A stretch of DNA of 64,000 bases from the human T2T-CHM13v2.0 reference genome, Homo sapiens, in assembly GCF_009914755.1 (NCBI RefSeq), contig NC_060926.1. One strand, 5' to 3'. The first letter of the stretch is position 1; every line of letters begins with the position of its first letter. Below, in pieces: positions 29,373 through 46,443 of this stretch. The position numbers and the translations under genes are program-made. The notes below the pieces were generated by a model. That model was not told where the DNA came from, did not search any database, and worked only from the letters and a program-made list of their open reading frames with translations.

Positions 29373-30457
29373 ATTTGAAAAATTTGAAAGAAATATAAAA
29401 AGCAATGAAATCACATATGTGAAAATACTTCCTAAATTCTAACATAAGGCATTATTAACAAAACAAATCCTTCATTAGGTCTCCACTGCCAGCCTTAGGC
29501 TATCCATGAAACAACTAACCAGTTTTAATCAGGGCAAACCTGTTTTCAACACAGATTATGTGAAAGGGTATAGTCACTAAACTTTTTTTAAATATACGAA
29601 CAATACTTAAATATCCTACTTATCATTAAGTATTTCTAAATGTCTCCTGATCCAACTGTATAAACCTACTTCTCAAATCACTATTTATAAAGCTTTCATT
29701 TTTTTTCTTCCAGGAAGACCAATGGGTTATGATGAATTACCAACTCTTTTAGGGTTTGCACAGTCTGGTATTAAGAAAAATGTTTTTCCATGTAAAGTGA
29801 AGCTAGCCCCCAGGGAACCACACCCAAGTAATGTTTATGTTACTTGAGCATGCTGAATTTGACTTTGACTCCTGATATCCATAAGGGTGCATCTTCCCCT
29901 TCCCTATCGCAGCTGCCCCGGCCTTCAGTAGTTATCCAAAGTCACTCCTCTTACAAAGACTAAGTGTGCTAAATGGATTTCCCTTAAACTACTTGATGCA
30001 AAGAAATGGAGGATGTCAACGGAATCACCCATGATTAATTGTCAACATGTTTCCTGTCCAGCAACTCAAAATGTCCTAAATCAAGCAATACTAATAATGT
30101 CCACATTGGTAGTTCTGAAAATTCACTATGGTCTTTGATTTCCACAATGCCTGGATTCTCTATAATGGCATTTTCAAAAGTAACTGAATATTTTATATAT
30201 TCCACAGGACAGTCATCATGGATCTTCAATTAAATAATCACTTTTTCTAGCAAAGTAAGCAGCCTATCTAAAAAGTTCCTAGTAGATGGATAGTTATCCA
30301 AAATTGATTTAATTATTTCATACTTTATCTGCACAAGAAAGCAATTTTGTAAGTGAAAATGGATAACCTAAATAAACTAATAAGTTTTCAAACTACTACA
30401 GGGCTCCACGGCTTTAAAAAGTACAGACACAGAAAATACCACTTTTTATGGAAAAGT

Positions 30458-30463
30458 TTTATT
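30458..30463 (-). terminator. KCTD18: KCTD18 poly(A) signal AATAAA
   Basis: tttatt on +; about 1.1 kb after the stop; downstream on the minus strand is GU-rich (tattttctgtgtctgt). Confidence 0.65.
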
Positions 30464-31584
30464 TGATTTTGTAAAACGTAATGTTTTGAGTATACTTACT
30501 TTACTCTTTCAAAGCAATGAAAGTACAATGATAAGCATTTGAATAAAAAGTACCCTGTTTTATGAGCTTATTTTTTAACATAGTGAAGGCATACTCTCAC
30601 TGAAAGTAGAAATATGTGATCCAATTACAAAACATAACATTTACGAATAAACACACACAACTGAATAGTCATGAAAAAATAGAGGATTAGTCAAAATATT
30701 CTGTTTAAAAATATTAAATTCAAGTTACATGGAAATTTTATGCATAAAAATCATATTGTATAATCAGAATGAATCTTCAGTGGTCATTTCTGAAAAACAA
30801 ATACTAACTTTAGTTAAAAAGTTAAACTTTTACTTCTCTTTTTCAAAGTATTTTCAAAACTTCACTATTCAAATTAAATAGGATATTTTAATAATTTACT
30901 TCAAAGATATTATATAATTCTGATCCCAAGAGATCTTCTTGTGGTGTTTATAAATAAATCTACTAACAGAAAAGAGTAAGAAAAGCCAATCTAGGAAAGA
31001 AAATCGTTGAATTAAGTGAGAGTCAAAGTGCTAATTCAATCTATGGGGTTTTTTCCTCCCCATCATTTCTTTTCACGTTGCCTTTGGAGACAGAGTAATT
31101 TGTAGGCAGCTCGCCTTGATCTACATTTTCTCTCTCTAATCTCTCTTGGCTGTGATATAGTACAGGGAACCACTAATATCACCCCCTCCATTTTCCCAGA
31201 CAGGAATACCTAAGGCCAAACCTCATGCCCATCCTCGGGTTGCAACAAGTAACGTTTACTTCAGCAACAAAGTGGACCTCTCTAGAGATTATTTGTTGTA
31301 CTGTCTTGTTGCCTTAATACGAATTAATCATTAAAAAATAAATTGAAAACCAGAAATTCAAACTGCCCATAGACAATCATATAAAAGTTGGGAAAATGAG
31401 AAATGGAGCCTTAACCATTGAAAGTCTCCCCTCCTCCATTCCTAGCTCACACAATTCCAGGAACAGAATCCTCAACATAAACCTAAGCTTCCCCTCTGCT
31501 GCATTAAGAAAGTGTCACTTCTTTGCGTCGAATGGGTTGAAAGCTTTGGGAGATGAACGGGAAATTTCAAGTCCACCACTTTCA

Positions 31585-32101
31585 TCAATTTCCCTTGTTC
31601 TTCCCGTTCTCAGTCCGCACTCCCAAGGCACGGGCAGCTTCGCCGGGAAGCGGCTTGAGGGAGTTGGCCTGCCTCGTGGCCGTGGGGGAGGGCAGGGAAG
31701 GCGCGGTGGCGCACAGCGGAGTCCTCTTCAGCTTTATCACCCGCTGGGGTGTAGGCTTCTTGTCGGAGAGTAGCACCTTAGCTGGAGGTAAGTGCGTGCC
31801 TCCATTTTCAGCGCTCGCAGCCCCAGGGGAAGCCTGAGGATGCCCAGGTGCCCCCGTGCCCACCAGGGCCGTGGCTCTGGAAGGTGCAGAGCGCTGAGCT
31901 GCCTTTCTGCGGCTACCACTTTGAAACCGGTTTGCTGTCGCCCCAGCCGACGTCTGGATGGCACTGGCTGGAGACACCGTGACTGAGGCCGAGTTCTTGA
32001 CTTTAATTTGGGTACTTGTGGAAGGGCCCAAAAATCTAACTGGCTTAGGACCAGTCTTATAGTTCACACTTTCGTCCGCTTCATTGAACGTTATCAGTCG
32101 C
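31585..32101 (-). CDS. KCTD18: KCTD18 last coding exon, (R)RLITFNEADES...ENGKNKGN*
   Basis: cttctgtatttctag acceptor; 517 nt to TGA; completes the 1281-nt, 426-aa ORF. Confidence 0.95.
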
Positions 32102-32522
32102 CTAGAAATACAGAAGCGTGTCATTTTCCACATGTATAGTTTTAGTAACTCATGAAAACATCTCCCAAGTTTACCTTCAGCATTAACAGAAAGGTTTTGG
32201 TCAAGAATTAAAGAGTCAAGAGGTTTATGGGCACCTACCTCATCTCTCATCTCCCACCAAGGTCAGTAAGCAAGTTTACAAAAGATTGGTCTTAATTTGA
32301 ATACGAATTATGTAAACTCACACACATAATATTAATACTAGCAAATTAAAATTTGGCACTTTACATAAGAATACAATATATCACCCTGTTCCCAAGTATC
32401 ATGATGTGACCTACGGGATAACCAGAAATATCACAAATTGTTTTTCCCAGAACTGCAGTTTAAAGAGATTTAGTAAAGAAAAAAAAAGATTTCACAATCA
32501 AATAAATATTAGAAATATTGCT

Positions 32523-32918
32523 TGATATAGTTTGGCTGCATGTCCCCCCCGAAGCTCATGTTGAAATGTGATCCCCAATGTTGGAGGTGGAGCCTGACAG
32601 AGGTGTTTGGGTCATGGGGGAGGATCCCTCATGAATGGCTTTGTGCCCTCTCCCATGGTAATGAGTGAGTTCTCACTCTATTCGTTCACGTGGGAGCTGG
32701 CTGTTTAAAAGCCTGGCATCTCTTGCTGTCTCTCACCGTGTGACATATCTGCTTCCCTTCACCTTCTGCCATGATTGTAAGCTTCCTGAGGCCTCACCAG
32801 AAGCATATGCTGGCCCTAACCTTCTTGTACAGACTGCAGAACCATGAGTCAAAATAAACCTCTTTTCTTTATAAATTACCCAGCCTGATAGTCCTTTATA
32901 GCAATGCAAAACTAATAA
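32523..32918 (+). mobile_element. MST-family MaLR solo LTR
   Basis: tgatatagtttgg start, aatgtgatccccaatgttggaggtgg, ccatgattgtaagcttcctgaggcctc, aataaacctcttttc. Confidence 0.8.
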
Positions 32919-33644
32919 ACTGCTGCATATCTTTTTTTCTTCTTGAAGCTTTAAAATTCATGTTAACATATTAAAGATTATGAAAGGCCTATACTAAAGA
33001 TATCTGTATTTCCCAATCATTCTATAGTGAAACCTTTGATGGCCAGTAAAATTTGCATTCTTTGGAACCCATTTTGGGGACTGCTAGAACAGTCATGGAC
33101 AAACCTTCAAAGATTCCAGAACTGAGTTTACCATTCATTATAAAAAGCCTACGGGGGAACATTTTTTTAAATGACCTTAAAACCGTCAAACAATCATTGT
33201 CAAAACCTTGCCTGCTCCTTCAGCTTCACTTCCTGAGGACCACCCCAAGCATGAAAGGTGACTGCAATCCTCTCACTCTGCTCTCTTGCAAGTCTGCATA
33301 GCATCAATGTGTCGTTAGAGGCGATTACAACTTATTCAACTCCCATTCTTGGAAATGGGATCATAATAACGTGGTTATTTGAAAATTGCCATCTGTAGCA
33401 AAGAGTGCAAATATAATATATTCAACCCTAAATCCCTACTGAACATTTTCCCTGGTCACCAGATGGCTCCTTGGGACCTTACAAGTGCTTCTCAGTCATC
33501 ATCGTCGTTATCCTGTTGATGCATCAAAAATAATGCTTCGTAAACTTGTAGAGGAAAGATAACTAACACAGAGGAGGGTCTCCGTAAACCACTCCTGCCT
33601 GCCTGCTATGTTTTCCATCTACATCTTCCACCAGACTCCACACT

Positions 33645-33861
33645 GAGGTTTCTCAACCTCGGCACTATTACCATTTTGGTCACATAATTCTTTGTTCTGG
33701 GGGGCTGCCCTGTGCACTGTAGGATGTTTAGCAGCACCCTTGGCCTCTACCTTCTAAATGCCAGTAGCAACTCTCACCCCACAGTGTGTCAACTAAAAAT
33801 GTTGCCAAACGTTGTCAAATATCCCCTGGAAGGCAAAATCACCCCTCGTTGAGAACCACTG
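33645..33861 (-). mobile_element. MER20 (hAT-Charlie)
   Basis: ggtttctcaacctcggcactatt...gttgagaaccactg. Confidence 0.8.
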
Positions 33862-34657
33862 CTCTTGACTCAAATATATTTGCTAACTGTAGGCTCAAAA
33901 GGTAAAATAAATGATAATAAAATTATGGCTTTTAAGAAATAAGATCTGTTTTGACAAGTGATGGTTAACTACTAAAAACTGAATAAGCATCTCCGCATTT
34001 CAGTGAAAGACCCAGAGGGCAAATGTAAGAAAGTAGTCTGAAATTCCATACGGGCATTCAATTAAATTGTAGAACATGTGATCAAGAAATCAGAACATCT
34101 GAAGGCCATGAATAAAACCCAGACACTGTAAAAAAAATGTGATTTTAAATGTATTTAAAACACAGTGAAAGACACAGCTGTGGAGTGAATTTAATGCTAA
34201 TAATTTCATGGAACACAGGAAAATACCATTTAATAAAAGTGCTATTTGTGGCAATAGGAAACAGAAAGGAACTCAGAATAAGCCACAAGAAATTTCAAGT
34301 ATTAAGTCTAAATAGATTTTTTTTTTTACTATTGCCAGTAAAGCCTGGGATTCCACTTCTGTGGAGCAAAAATATTTACCACAGCATGCCCACTGTGTCC
34401 ACTAGTAATTTTAGAATCACTCTCTCAATAAGAACATGTTACACATGCAGTTACAAAGAATTATAGCCACTTTTTACATAGTTTTGGTAACTTTATATTT
34501 ATCAAGATCTATATTTTGATGGTAAGACAGAATATTCAAATCGGTGATTAATAAGCTTAGTAAGGTCAAGAATTATTATTCATTTTCCCTTCACAAAGGC
34601 AGTAAAAATGTCAGCGATTAAAAAAACAAAACAAATAAACAACACAGCATAGATAAC

Positions 34658-34760
34658 CTCTTTCGAATTGGAGCCATGTGACGCAGGCTTCCAAGTAAAG
34701 GCCGTTCTTCTAGAGTCCAACACTCTATCAGCTCATGAGGCACCCGCCAGTAGCTAACAC
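34658..34760 (-). CDS. KCTD18: KCTD18 coding exon, (G)VSYWRVPHELIECWTLEERPLLGSLRHMAPIRK(R)
   Basis: ttttaccttccag acceptor; weak AG|GTTATC donor; 103 nt; phase fits neighbours. Confidence 0.9.
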
Positions 34761-35557
34761 CTGGAAGGTAAAAAGACATAATTAAGACAGCTACCATCCA
34801 CTGCAAAATGCTGAGCAACACTGTTTCGCCTAAGACCTGCCAGAGTCTGAGGTTCATGCCTCCCGTTTGGCAAAGAGAGGTGTGCACAACATGAACAGGA
34901 AGCGCTCACACGAGGAGCTAGGGCCAGGGAGCAACACAGCTCACGACCTGGGTCAGGAAGAGCTGGCCACCAGCTTTGCCACTGATTAGCTGAGAAGATT
35001 CAGCAGGTTATGATGCATACTCAGGGCAGCTGAGAGTGAGGGCTCAGGCTCCAGCAAAGCCTGTGTGGGTCTCAATCTCCATCTCTCACTCACTATTCAT
35101 GTCACCTTGGGAAAGTTACTTTTCTGGGCCTGAATTTTCTCAGCTGTGAAATGATGACAATAATAGTATGTACCTTGAAGGACCATTGTGATGATTAAAT
35201 GAGTTAATAAATGCAAAGTGCTTAGAACAGGGTCTAGCACAGACTAAGCACTCAAAAACTGTCAAGTACCTTTATTCCCAGTAGTCGTAGGGAGCAGTAT
35301 AAGTATTGTATAGGGGGTGGGTTGTAACACTTGCCTTGTCTACTTCACTGGGTTGCTGTGACATCAAATCAGGGGACCTTTGTGAACTACTCTGAAAATG
35401 GCAACCACTGTACAAATATGAGACATCACCACCCGATAACCACCTTTTCCAACAAGAATCTGAGCTAGTGAGTTAGGCAAAAATGCCATTCAAATTCATT
35501 TTAATTTTTAAATCTGTTATGTTTTTTATTAAGAGCTGAAAAATGTATTTATTCTTG

Positions 35558-35860
35558 AAGCCTCGAAAACATTATGCTAAGTGAAAAACACCAAACACAA
35601 TAGGTCACATTTGTATTGTTCCATTTGTAGAGCTATCAAGAGTAGGTAAATCCATTGAGACACAAAGCAGACTGCTGGTTGCCAGGGGCTGTGGGAGACA
35701 GTGGAGTGGGGAGTGACCGCTTAGGGGTTCCTTTTGGGGTGATGAAATGTTTAGAACTGGAGAGAGGTAATGATTGCACAACATTGTGAATGTAGTAAAT
35801 ACCAATGAAATGTATGCTTTAGTTAATTCTGTTATGTGAATTTCCATCTCAATTTTTTTT
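35558..35860 (+). mobile_element. L1MB-type 3' end fragment
   Basis: aacattatgctaagtgaaa, ggttgccaggggctg, tgcacaacattgtgaatg motifs. Confidence 0.65.
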
Positions 35861-36169
35861 AGAAAAGAAGCATAAATATATACACATGAAAAAAGCTCAA
35901 GGAATTATGTTGAATAAAAATTGCTTGGAGTAATCTAAGTCCCAATAATGGATTTGGTGTTGTCTTCTTATTAAACTTCTGGTAACAATAACAATTTAGC
36001 AAGCTGGGCATATAAATCATTATAATGATAGACATATCTGATACTCAAATAACTCTATGATCCTCATTTTAAAACAATTAACTTTCTGGAACTGCTTGAT
36101 CACACTCCAAAACCTACACATACTATAAAAACATTCCCAAATCCGGTCCATTAAGTTTGCTTTTTCTAA

Positions 36170-37345
36170 AAGTCAGATTTATTAAGATATAATTTATGTA
36201 AAATAAAATTCACCCTTTTCAGGTACACATTTCAATGAGTTTTGACAAATGGATATAGTTATGTATCCATAGTCATAATCTGTAGACCACTTCTATCACC
36301 CCAAAAATTTCCTCATACCCCTTAGCAATCAATGTCCCCTCCATATCCTTAGTTTTGCCTTTTCTGAAATGTCATATAAATGGGATCATACAAAATGCAA
36401 CCTTTTGTGTCTGGCTTCTTTAGCATGATGCTTTAAGATTCATCCATGTTGCTGTATGTAGCAATGATCATTTCTTTTATCAGTGAGTAGTATTCCACTG
36501 TATGGATACACCACAATTTGTTTAAAAACTTTCTTTTTTTTCCTGCCTATAAAGTAATTCACATCCCTTGTACAATACCTGGAAAATATAGAAAAGTATA
36601 TATAAGGGAATCAAAGTCACTCCTAATCAGAAGACCAGGAATCATTGGCTCAGGACAGACTAATATGTTTCATTCCAGTCTTTTTTCTAGTCATATGATA
36701 TACTTTACATTTATTTCCTGCTTTTCATCATTTCTTATCATGGGCATTCATCTATGCAAAAAGTTATTTAAAATAACTTTAATCGCTTTATTATATTCCA
36801 TTCTGTGGATGTGCCAAAATATATTTAACCCTCAATCATTAGACATTTAAAGTGTTTTTATTTTGTCTCTATTATGAAAAATGCCAGAGAACATTTCTGT
36901 TCCTAAGCCTTTGTCTGTGTTTATGTCCTTAAGATAGATAAGATAGATTCCAAGAAGTAAAATTACTGGGTCAAAGAATATGAACAATTGTGATGCACTG
37001 ATGTGACCTAACAAGTTATTTTCCAAAAGTTACATCAATTTTTACTCCTACCAGGAATGAATAAGAGATCTTTACTCATCTGGTATATAAAAAATTGTTT
37101 TTATTAAATGTATATTTCATTGATAAGGAATGAAGCTGAACCGCCTGCCACGTGTTTATTTCTTTTTCTGGGAATTTTATGGTCATGAACCTTGTAATTT
37201 TTTTTTTTGTAGTAGTGGTTGCCTTTCTAATCAATTTTAATAAACTTTCTTTCTATTAAGGATATACTTTGTCCAGTTAATGCAACATTATTTATCCTAG
37301 TTTTTTATTAGTCTTTAAATTTTATTTATAATTTTTAATGTTTCT
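36170..37345 (-). mobile_element. Old L1 (L1M) fragments, antisense
   Basis: agtagtattccactgtatggatacaccacaatttg, aattactgggtcaaag motifs; degenerate. Confidence 0.55.
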
Positions 37346-37372
37346 TGTTTTTTTGTTTTGTTTTGTGTTTAA

Positions 37373-37471
37373 CATTTATGCCTAGTGTTCCATTATTGGA
37401 ACACTAAGCATGTGGGAGTTATTTATATCCTACTGCTCAAGGTCATCGCCAAGATCTGATTGCAAAAATTC
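37373..37471. mobile_element. MER85 (piggyBac PGBD3-derived MITE), truncated at one end
   Basis: TTAA at 37369-37372, then catttatgcctagtgttccattattggaac...ggtcatcgccaagatctgattgcaaaaattc, matching the recalled MER85 consensus. Confidence 0.85.
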
Positions 37472-37700
37472 GGCTCACTGCAACTTCTGCCTCCTGGGTT
37501 CAAGCGATTCTCCTACCTCAGCCTCCTGAGTAGCTGGGACTACAGGCGTGTGCCACCACACCCAGCTAATTTTTGTATTTTTAGTAAAGACAGGGTTTCA
37601 CCATGCTGGCCAGGATGGTCTCAATCTCATGACCTCATGATCCACCTGCCTCGGCCTCCCAAAGTGCTGGGATTACAAGTGTGAGTCACCGTGCCCAGCC
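37470..37700 (-). mobile_element. AluS antisense lacking its 3' ~50 nt
   Basis: Begins abruptly at tcggctcactgcaac. Confidence 0.88.
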
Positions 37701-37970
37701 CTCCTTCAGCTTTCTAAGGCAGTGGGCTCCTGGACATCTTGCCAGTCCAGAGGCACAAAGAGAGACACAGAGAACACCATGGAGTTTGTTCTCCAACTTG
37801 AGCATAAGTGTCTCAAAGTAAATTAAATATAAAATAGAAAGCTGAAAGATGTCATCCTGCCTCTTGAGGGGTATGACTGGAAAGGAAAAAGGAAGGAAAG
37901 TGAGGGGGGCAAAGTTGAGGAAAGGAAGAAGGACTGGAGCTGGCACGACACCTGAAGGAAGAACAGCTGA

Positions 37971-38277
<307 letters not shown>

Positions 38278-38311
38278 AATGCAGTTTTTAAAAGCCTCTT
38301 CCTCTCCTTTT

Positions 38312-38448
38312 ATGTCTTGCTCTGTCACCCAGGCTGGAGTGCAGTGGTGTGATAACAGCTCACTCCACCCTCAAACTCCTGGGCTCAGGCAATCCTCCTG
38401 CCTCAGCCTCCCAAGTAACTGAGACAATAGGTGCATGACACCAGGCCC
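38312..38448 (-). mobile_element. Alu right-arm fragment
   Basis: tcttgctctgtcacccaggctggagtgcagtgg... Confidence 0.7.
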
Positions 38449-39237
38449 ATATCTTTTATCCATTGTGTGACTGGCAGTCAGTCTTTACTAGCTTTCAGGA
38501 TTATTTGAGGATGGAATAAGTCTTATTTATCTTTGGATCCAATTTTAGGACTTGTTATCATACTTTGCACCTAACAGACACTCAATACATGGTTGTTAAT
38601 TAAGAAAAAAAATGCTTAGGCATAGAACAGAACACGTAACCTGTGATCCTTATGAAAGTGTCAAAGCCCTTCTGAGACTCAGTTTCCTCATCTATAAAAT
38701 AGGAATGGTAAGTAGCGTACAGGATTGTGTTAGGACTAAGAGATACTGAATGTAAACTACTTATCGGGGATATAAAACAGCATTATTATTACCAACTCTC
38801 ACTCTGTAGTTTGAGAAAAATGACCAGTTTTCAAAGTGTACATTTAAAGATTATTGTAATTATTTTATAAGGGCTCTTTAGACATCTTCTCCAACATTAT
38901 TTTCTCTCCCTTTCCTTGATTACATATTTTATGCTTAATTTGAAGTATTTTTCCAATGCACAGTAGGTACTAAATGAACTCTTATTTAATTAAATTAAAT
39001 AAGCCTAGCTAACAGAAACATACCTAGTTACTGAATTATAAACTATTAATAATATCTAGCAACTCATGGGATTTAAAGATTTGTAAGTAAACTGCCTCAG
39101 TGTTATCATGAGATGACAAATACATTGTAAGACTCAAAAGAATACTTTCTAAAAAAAGAAATGCAGTATTTGAGCTTACTTTGTCTTTTTTTTTTAAAGT
39201 CCACCTGCTTCCATGAAATAAAAGAATTGCACTGTAC

Positions 39238-39332
39238 CTTTTCCTTCCCAAGCATCAAAGGCATCCATCATTTTCTTCAACTCTGCTACTGAATAATAGC
39301 TCCAAATGTACTGAACATTATTTCCCGCCTCT
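39238..39332 (-). CDS. KCTD18: KCTD18 coding exon, (R)EAGNNVQYIWSYYSVAELKKMMDAFDAWEGK(G)
   Basis: atttctag acceptor, AAG|GTACAG donor, 95 nt, in frame. Confidence 0.92.
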
Positions 39333-40375
39333 CTAGAAATATTGCAAAGAGTAATGAAAATATACTACCTAGGTATGGATGTGCATATATACATACAGCT
39401 AATATACATTTAATAAGAGCTTGTTAATTAAGGGAAAAAACATGTAAGCACTGAGTAGTTGTTCTGTGATCCTTAAGTATACATATGCTTACACAGATAC
39501 ATATGTACACATTATATAATATACTAACCTATATTTTGATCTCTTTTTATCATAGTATTTTATTAATTCCACAATATGCACCATGTAGACAAATCAACAC
39601 ATCTTTAATATCAAGTTTTTAAAAAAAATCAGCGAACTCCAATGAACTTAGAAAATATTCACGTTTCACCAGCATTATGCCAGGCACTTACATATCTTAC
39701 ATAGAAGCATCCCTATCTGTAAAGAATTCAGAAACTGATGACATATTTAATAATCTCAAAAGGCAAGCTTATATGATCCTTCATTAGTCACTAATATTCG
39801 ACCCAATCCCATCTGCCAGAGAATTTTTTTAAAAATTGCTAAGTGAATTAACCAGTGTAAATAAGATTATAGGAAAAATATTAAGTAATAACTCTTAAGA
39901 ATTTAACATGTTCAAGTCATAAAATTCTAAAGCTGGAAGGGACCAGCAAGTGCTTCGTCATTTCTCAGAAGAAGACACCAAGGCAGGCCAGCCCTGAGTC
40001 ACTCAGTAGGCCTGCTGACTTCTTCTGCCAATGCTTCTATGGTCTAGGAAGACACCAGGCATGTGGCTTTTCTTTTTTCTTTCTCTTCTTTTCTTTTTAA
40101 GCCTCTCAGGGGAGGGGATTCTGATGCAGACTCCCAGTTGAGAACCACTGCACTAGATCATGCAGATGGCATGCAGCTTATCCATACTGTATGGGAAATG
40201 ATCTTAATTATAATTTCCTCATGAAGCAGGCCTATCTCAACTGCTATGATGGCTCACTGTGTCTCCTGAGAGGTGTTAATGGTCTTTTCTAGTCAAGCAC
40301 ATTTCATTCAGAAACACCTCTTAAAAGAGACCAAGACTTTATTTTGTTCTTTTTCACATTTAAATTTGGACATAC

Positions 40376-40569
40376 CTTTTAAAAATGCCTTTGCTGTGAA
40401 TTCTTCCTCCCAGCTGCTTTTCAATAGCGTCTGTTCCATCAGTTTTTGTGGCATATACACCAATAATTCTACTCTCACAGCTTGCACCAGATGTGTTAAG
40501 ATAGTGGAGAACCCAAACTGTTGGTTTATTGCAGACTAAGCCATATGAATCACAGAAGTCTGTTAAAGC
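40376..40569 (-). CDS. KCTD18: KCTD18 coding exon, ALTDFCDSYGLVCNKPTVWVLHY...SKGIFK(R)
   Basis: ttttgctttag acceptor, AAG|GTATGT donor, 194 nt, in frame. Confidence 0.93.
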
Positions 40570-40880
40570 CTAAAGCAAAAAGTATATATAAAATTTGAAT
40601 TTAATTCTAGAGTAAAATAAAAATGAATATGCTCCATTACTTTCATGTAAAAGCTGAAATTCTAGTTGATCATAAGGGAAATAAAAAGATTATATATTTC
40701 AGCTTAGTCTTTACATCTTTAAAAATCAAACACACATTTTTTTTAATTAAATCGGGGCAGGAAGGACAATCACAAAAAATACCCCCCAAAACCCCAACAC
40801 CTTTTCATCTACAGAAACCTTTTCCACATGGAAATTCCATTTTATTTCTTACTCTTTTAGTCTGCCAACATCACTTTTAA

Positions 40881-43802
<2,922 letters not shown>

Positions 43803-44231
43803 GAAATCTTCATATAATAACCAAAATGTAGACCTTTTTCTTTTCCCTTTAGAGTAATTTCCCCAAAATTTCCCATTTTACACAATCTTCCATTCACCTT
43901 CTACTGACTAACCCCATGGTTGGTCCTTATTTTTAGCTCCAAATTCTAATCATGGACTAACCAGATTGATTTTACTTTTACACGGAAAGATACGAATATG
44001 TAAACTCAATATCTAAACTCCGTATATGCTGCCTGAACTCATTTGGCACTTATCAACCTATTCATTCATTCATTTGAATATTAAGTTCCTACTCTGAGCT
44101 GAGCTCTAACGTCCTGAAGATATAACAATGAACAATGGTGAGACAGGGTCCCAGTCCTCCTAGAGTTTATAGCTAATGCAGAAGACAGACATTGAATAAG
44201 CCACCAGCACCCTGTGTAAGAAGTGCCACCA

Positions 44232-44537
<306 letters not shown>

Positions 44538-45660
44538 GAAGTGCCACCAGTGAGACCACAAGGTGCTCCAGGGCAGAGAGCAGAAGGGTTTCACCCAGTG
44601 AAGCTGCCAGGGCCTTCCCTGGGAGGAACAGCTTTACTGCTGTAAGTACTCTGGACAGGTACTATATTGTGTTCACTGTTATATCCCAAGTGTCTGGAAT
44701 AGTGCCTGACACAAACGAGATGCCTAGTATTTACTGACTCAGTGAATGAAAATGGGGCCCTACCATGTCTTGCACTTTCATTTAATATTGCTATCTAACT
44801 CCTATATTGGTTTGGAATTTTACTTACACATACATCTACAAGAATTCCCAACTATACTATAAACTTCAAGGGCAAAGAACTACATGTTGTATTTCTTGGT
44901 GTCCCACGCAGCCCCTTGTACAGTGCCATACATGTCACAGGCACTTGAAACAAACATGTGTTGGCTGACAGCATGAATGTGGGCATGCTGTGTCCTTTTT
45001 GAATAAAAACCAGGAATAAAAGATTACAGAGCTGAGACTTCTGAAGATGAGCATTAACCCTCCCAACCTTCTAGTCAGGCCTCATTCTGCAGATGTGGCA
45101 ACAGCAGGGAAAGACTATCGTTCGAAAATATAGTTTATGAATAACTTCAGTAGCAGAACCCATATAACTATTTAAATTCCTAAAGGGGATCTGGAACCAA
45201 ATCAACTTTCTATTCATGCTGCACTCCTAATAACCAACCACCCATCAGCTTGCTTCCTAAACGCTGACATCCAAATCAAAGAATTCAAACAAGTTCAGAT
45301 CAGTTTTCACTATTAACAATTTTCTAAGAAAAATATTTTCCTTAGATGCTCAAAAGTGCTAATTAATAACACATATAATACTTTCAATAAGACAAAAACA
45401 GATAATTAGGATTTTCAAATCATGTAAAGATCTTTAAAATGCAATTTAAAATAGAAGCATCTTAAAAAGATATTTAGTGATCTCAAAGTGAATTAGCCAA
45501 ACTAATGTTTTAAATTAGTAACAAACTACTACACTTACTAAATCAAGTAAGATGCTTTATTATTCATCAGGATCATTATTTTCAAAAATCATTTTAGTAA
45601 ATAAAATAATACCACTATGCCCTCACATAGTATAGTATTTCTCTTAATTTAAAAAGAATT

Positions 45661-46140
<480 letters not shown>

Positions 46141-46231
46141 TTAATGTGAAAACACAGGCTATGCAAAATAGTACATATTGCTTTGTGCATCATAAATATA
46201 TATATTCAAAAACTTAAAAAAATGCCAAGAC

Positions 46232-46443
46232 CTTTTTAAGTTCTATATTTGACCTTAAAGAATATGTCTCCATTTCATTGGCCAAATGGTCAGACAGGCT
46301 GTATGGATAAGGGATGCCAAAGTAATCAGCCTCTTCCTGTAGGGCGATGCGGGTTTGCTCATCTGTGGGAATCTGAACTTCTCCATGAAGGTAATCCAAA
46401 AGGTATTTAAATAGACGTCCATCACGGTCAATAACACAAGCCC
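46232..46443 (-). CDS. KCTD18: KCTD18 coding exon, (G)ACVIDRDGRLFKYLLDYL...SNIELKK (BTB C-terminal half)
   Basis: ttttctag acceptor; IDRDG..F..LLDYL is the KCTD/T1 BTB signature; weak AAG|GTCTTG donor; 212 nt. Confidence 0.93.

Noticed and set aside
32102-32250. N-terminal extension of the 221-aa ORF
   Set aside because: Intronic read-through upstream of the acceptor at 32101; the spliced frame explains the ORF.
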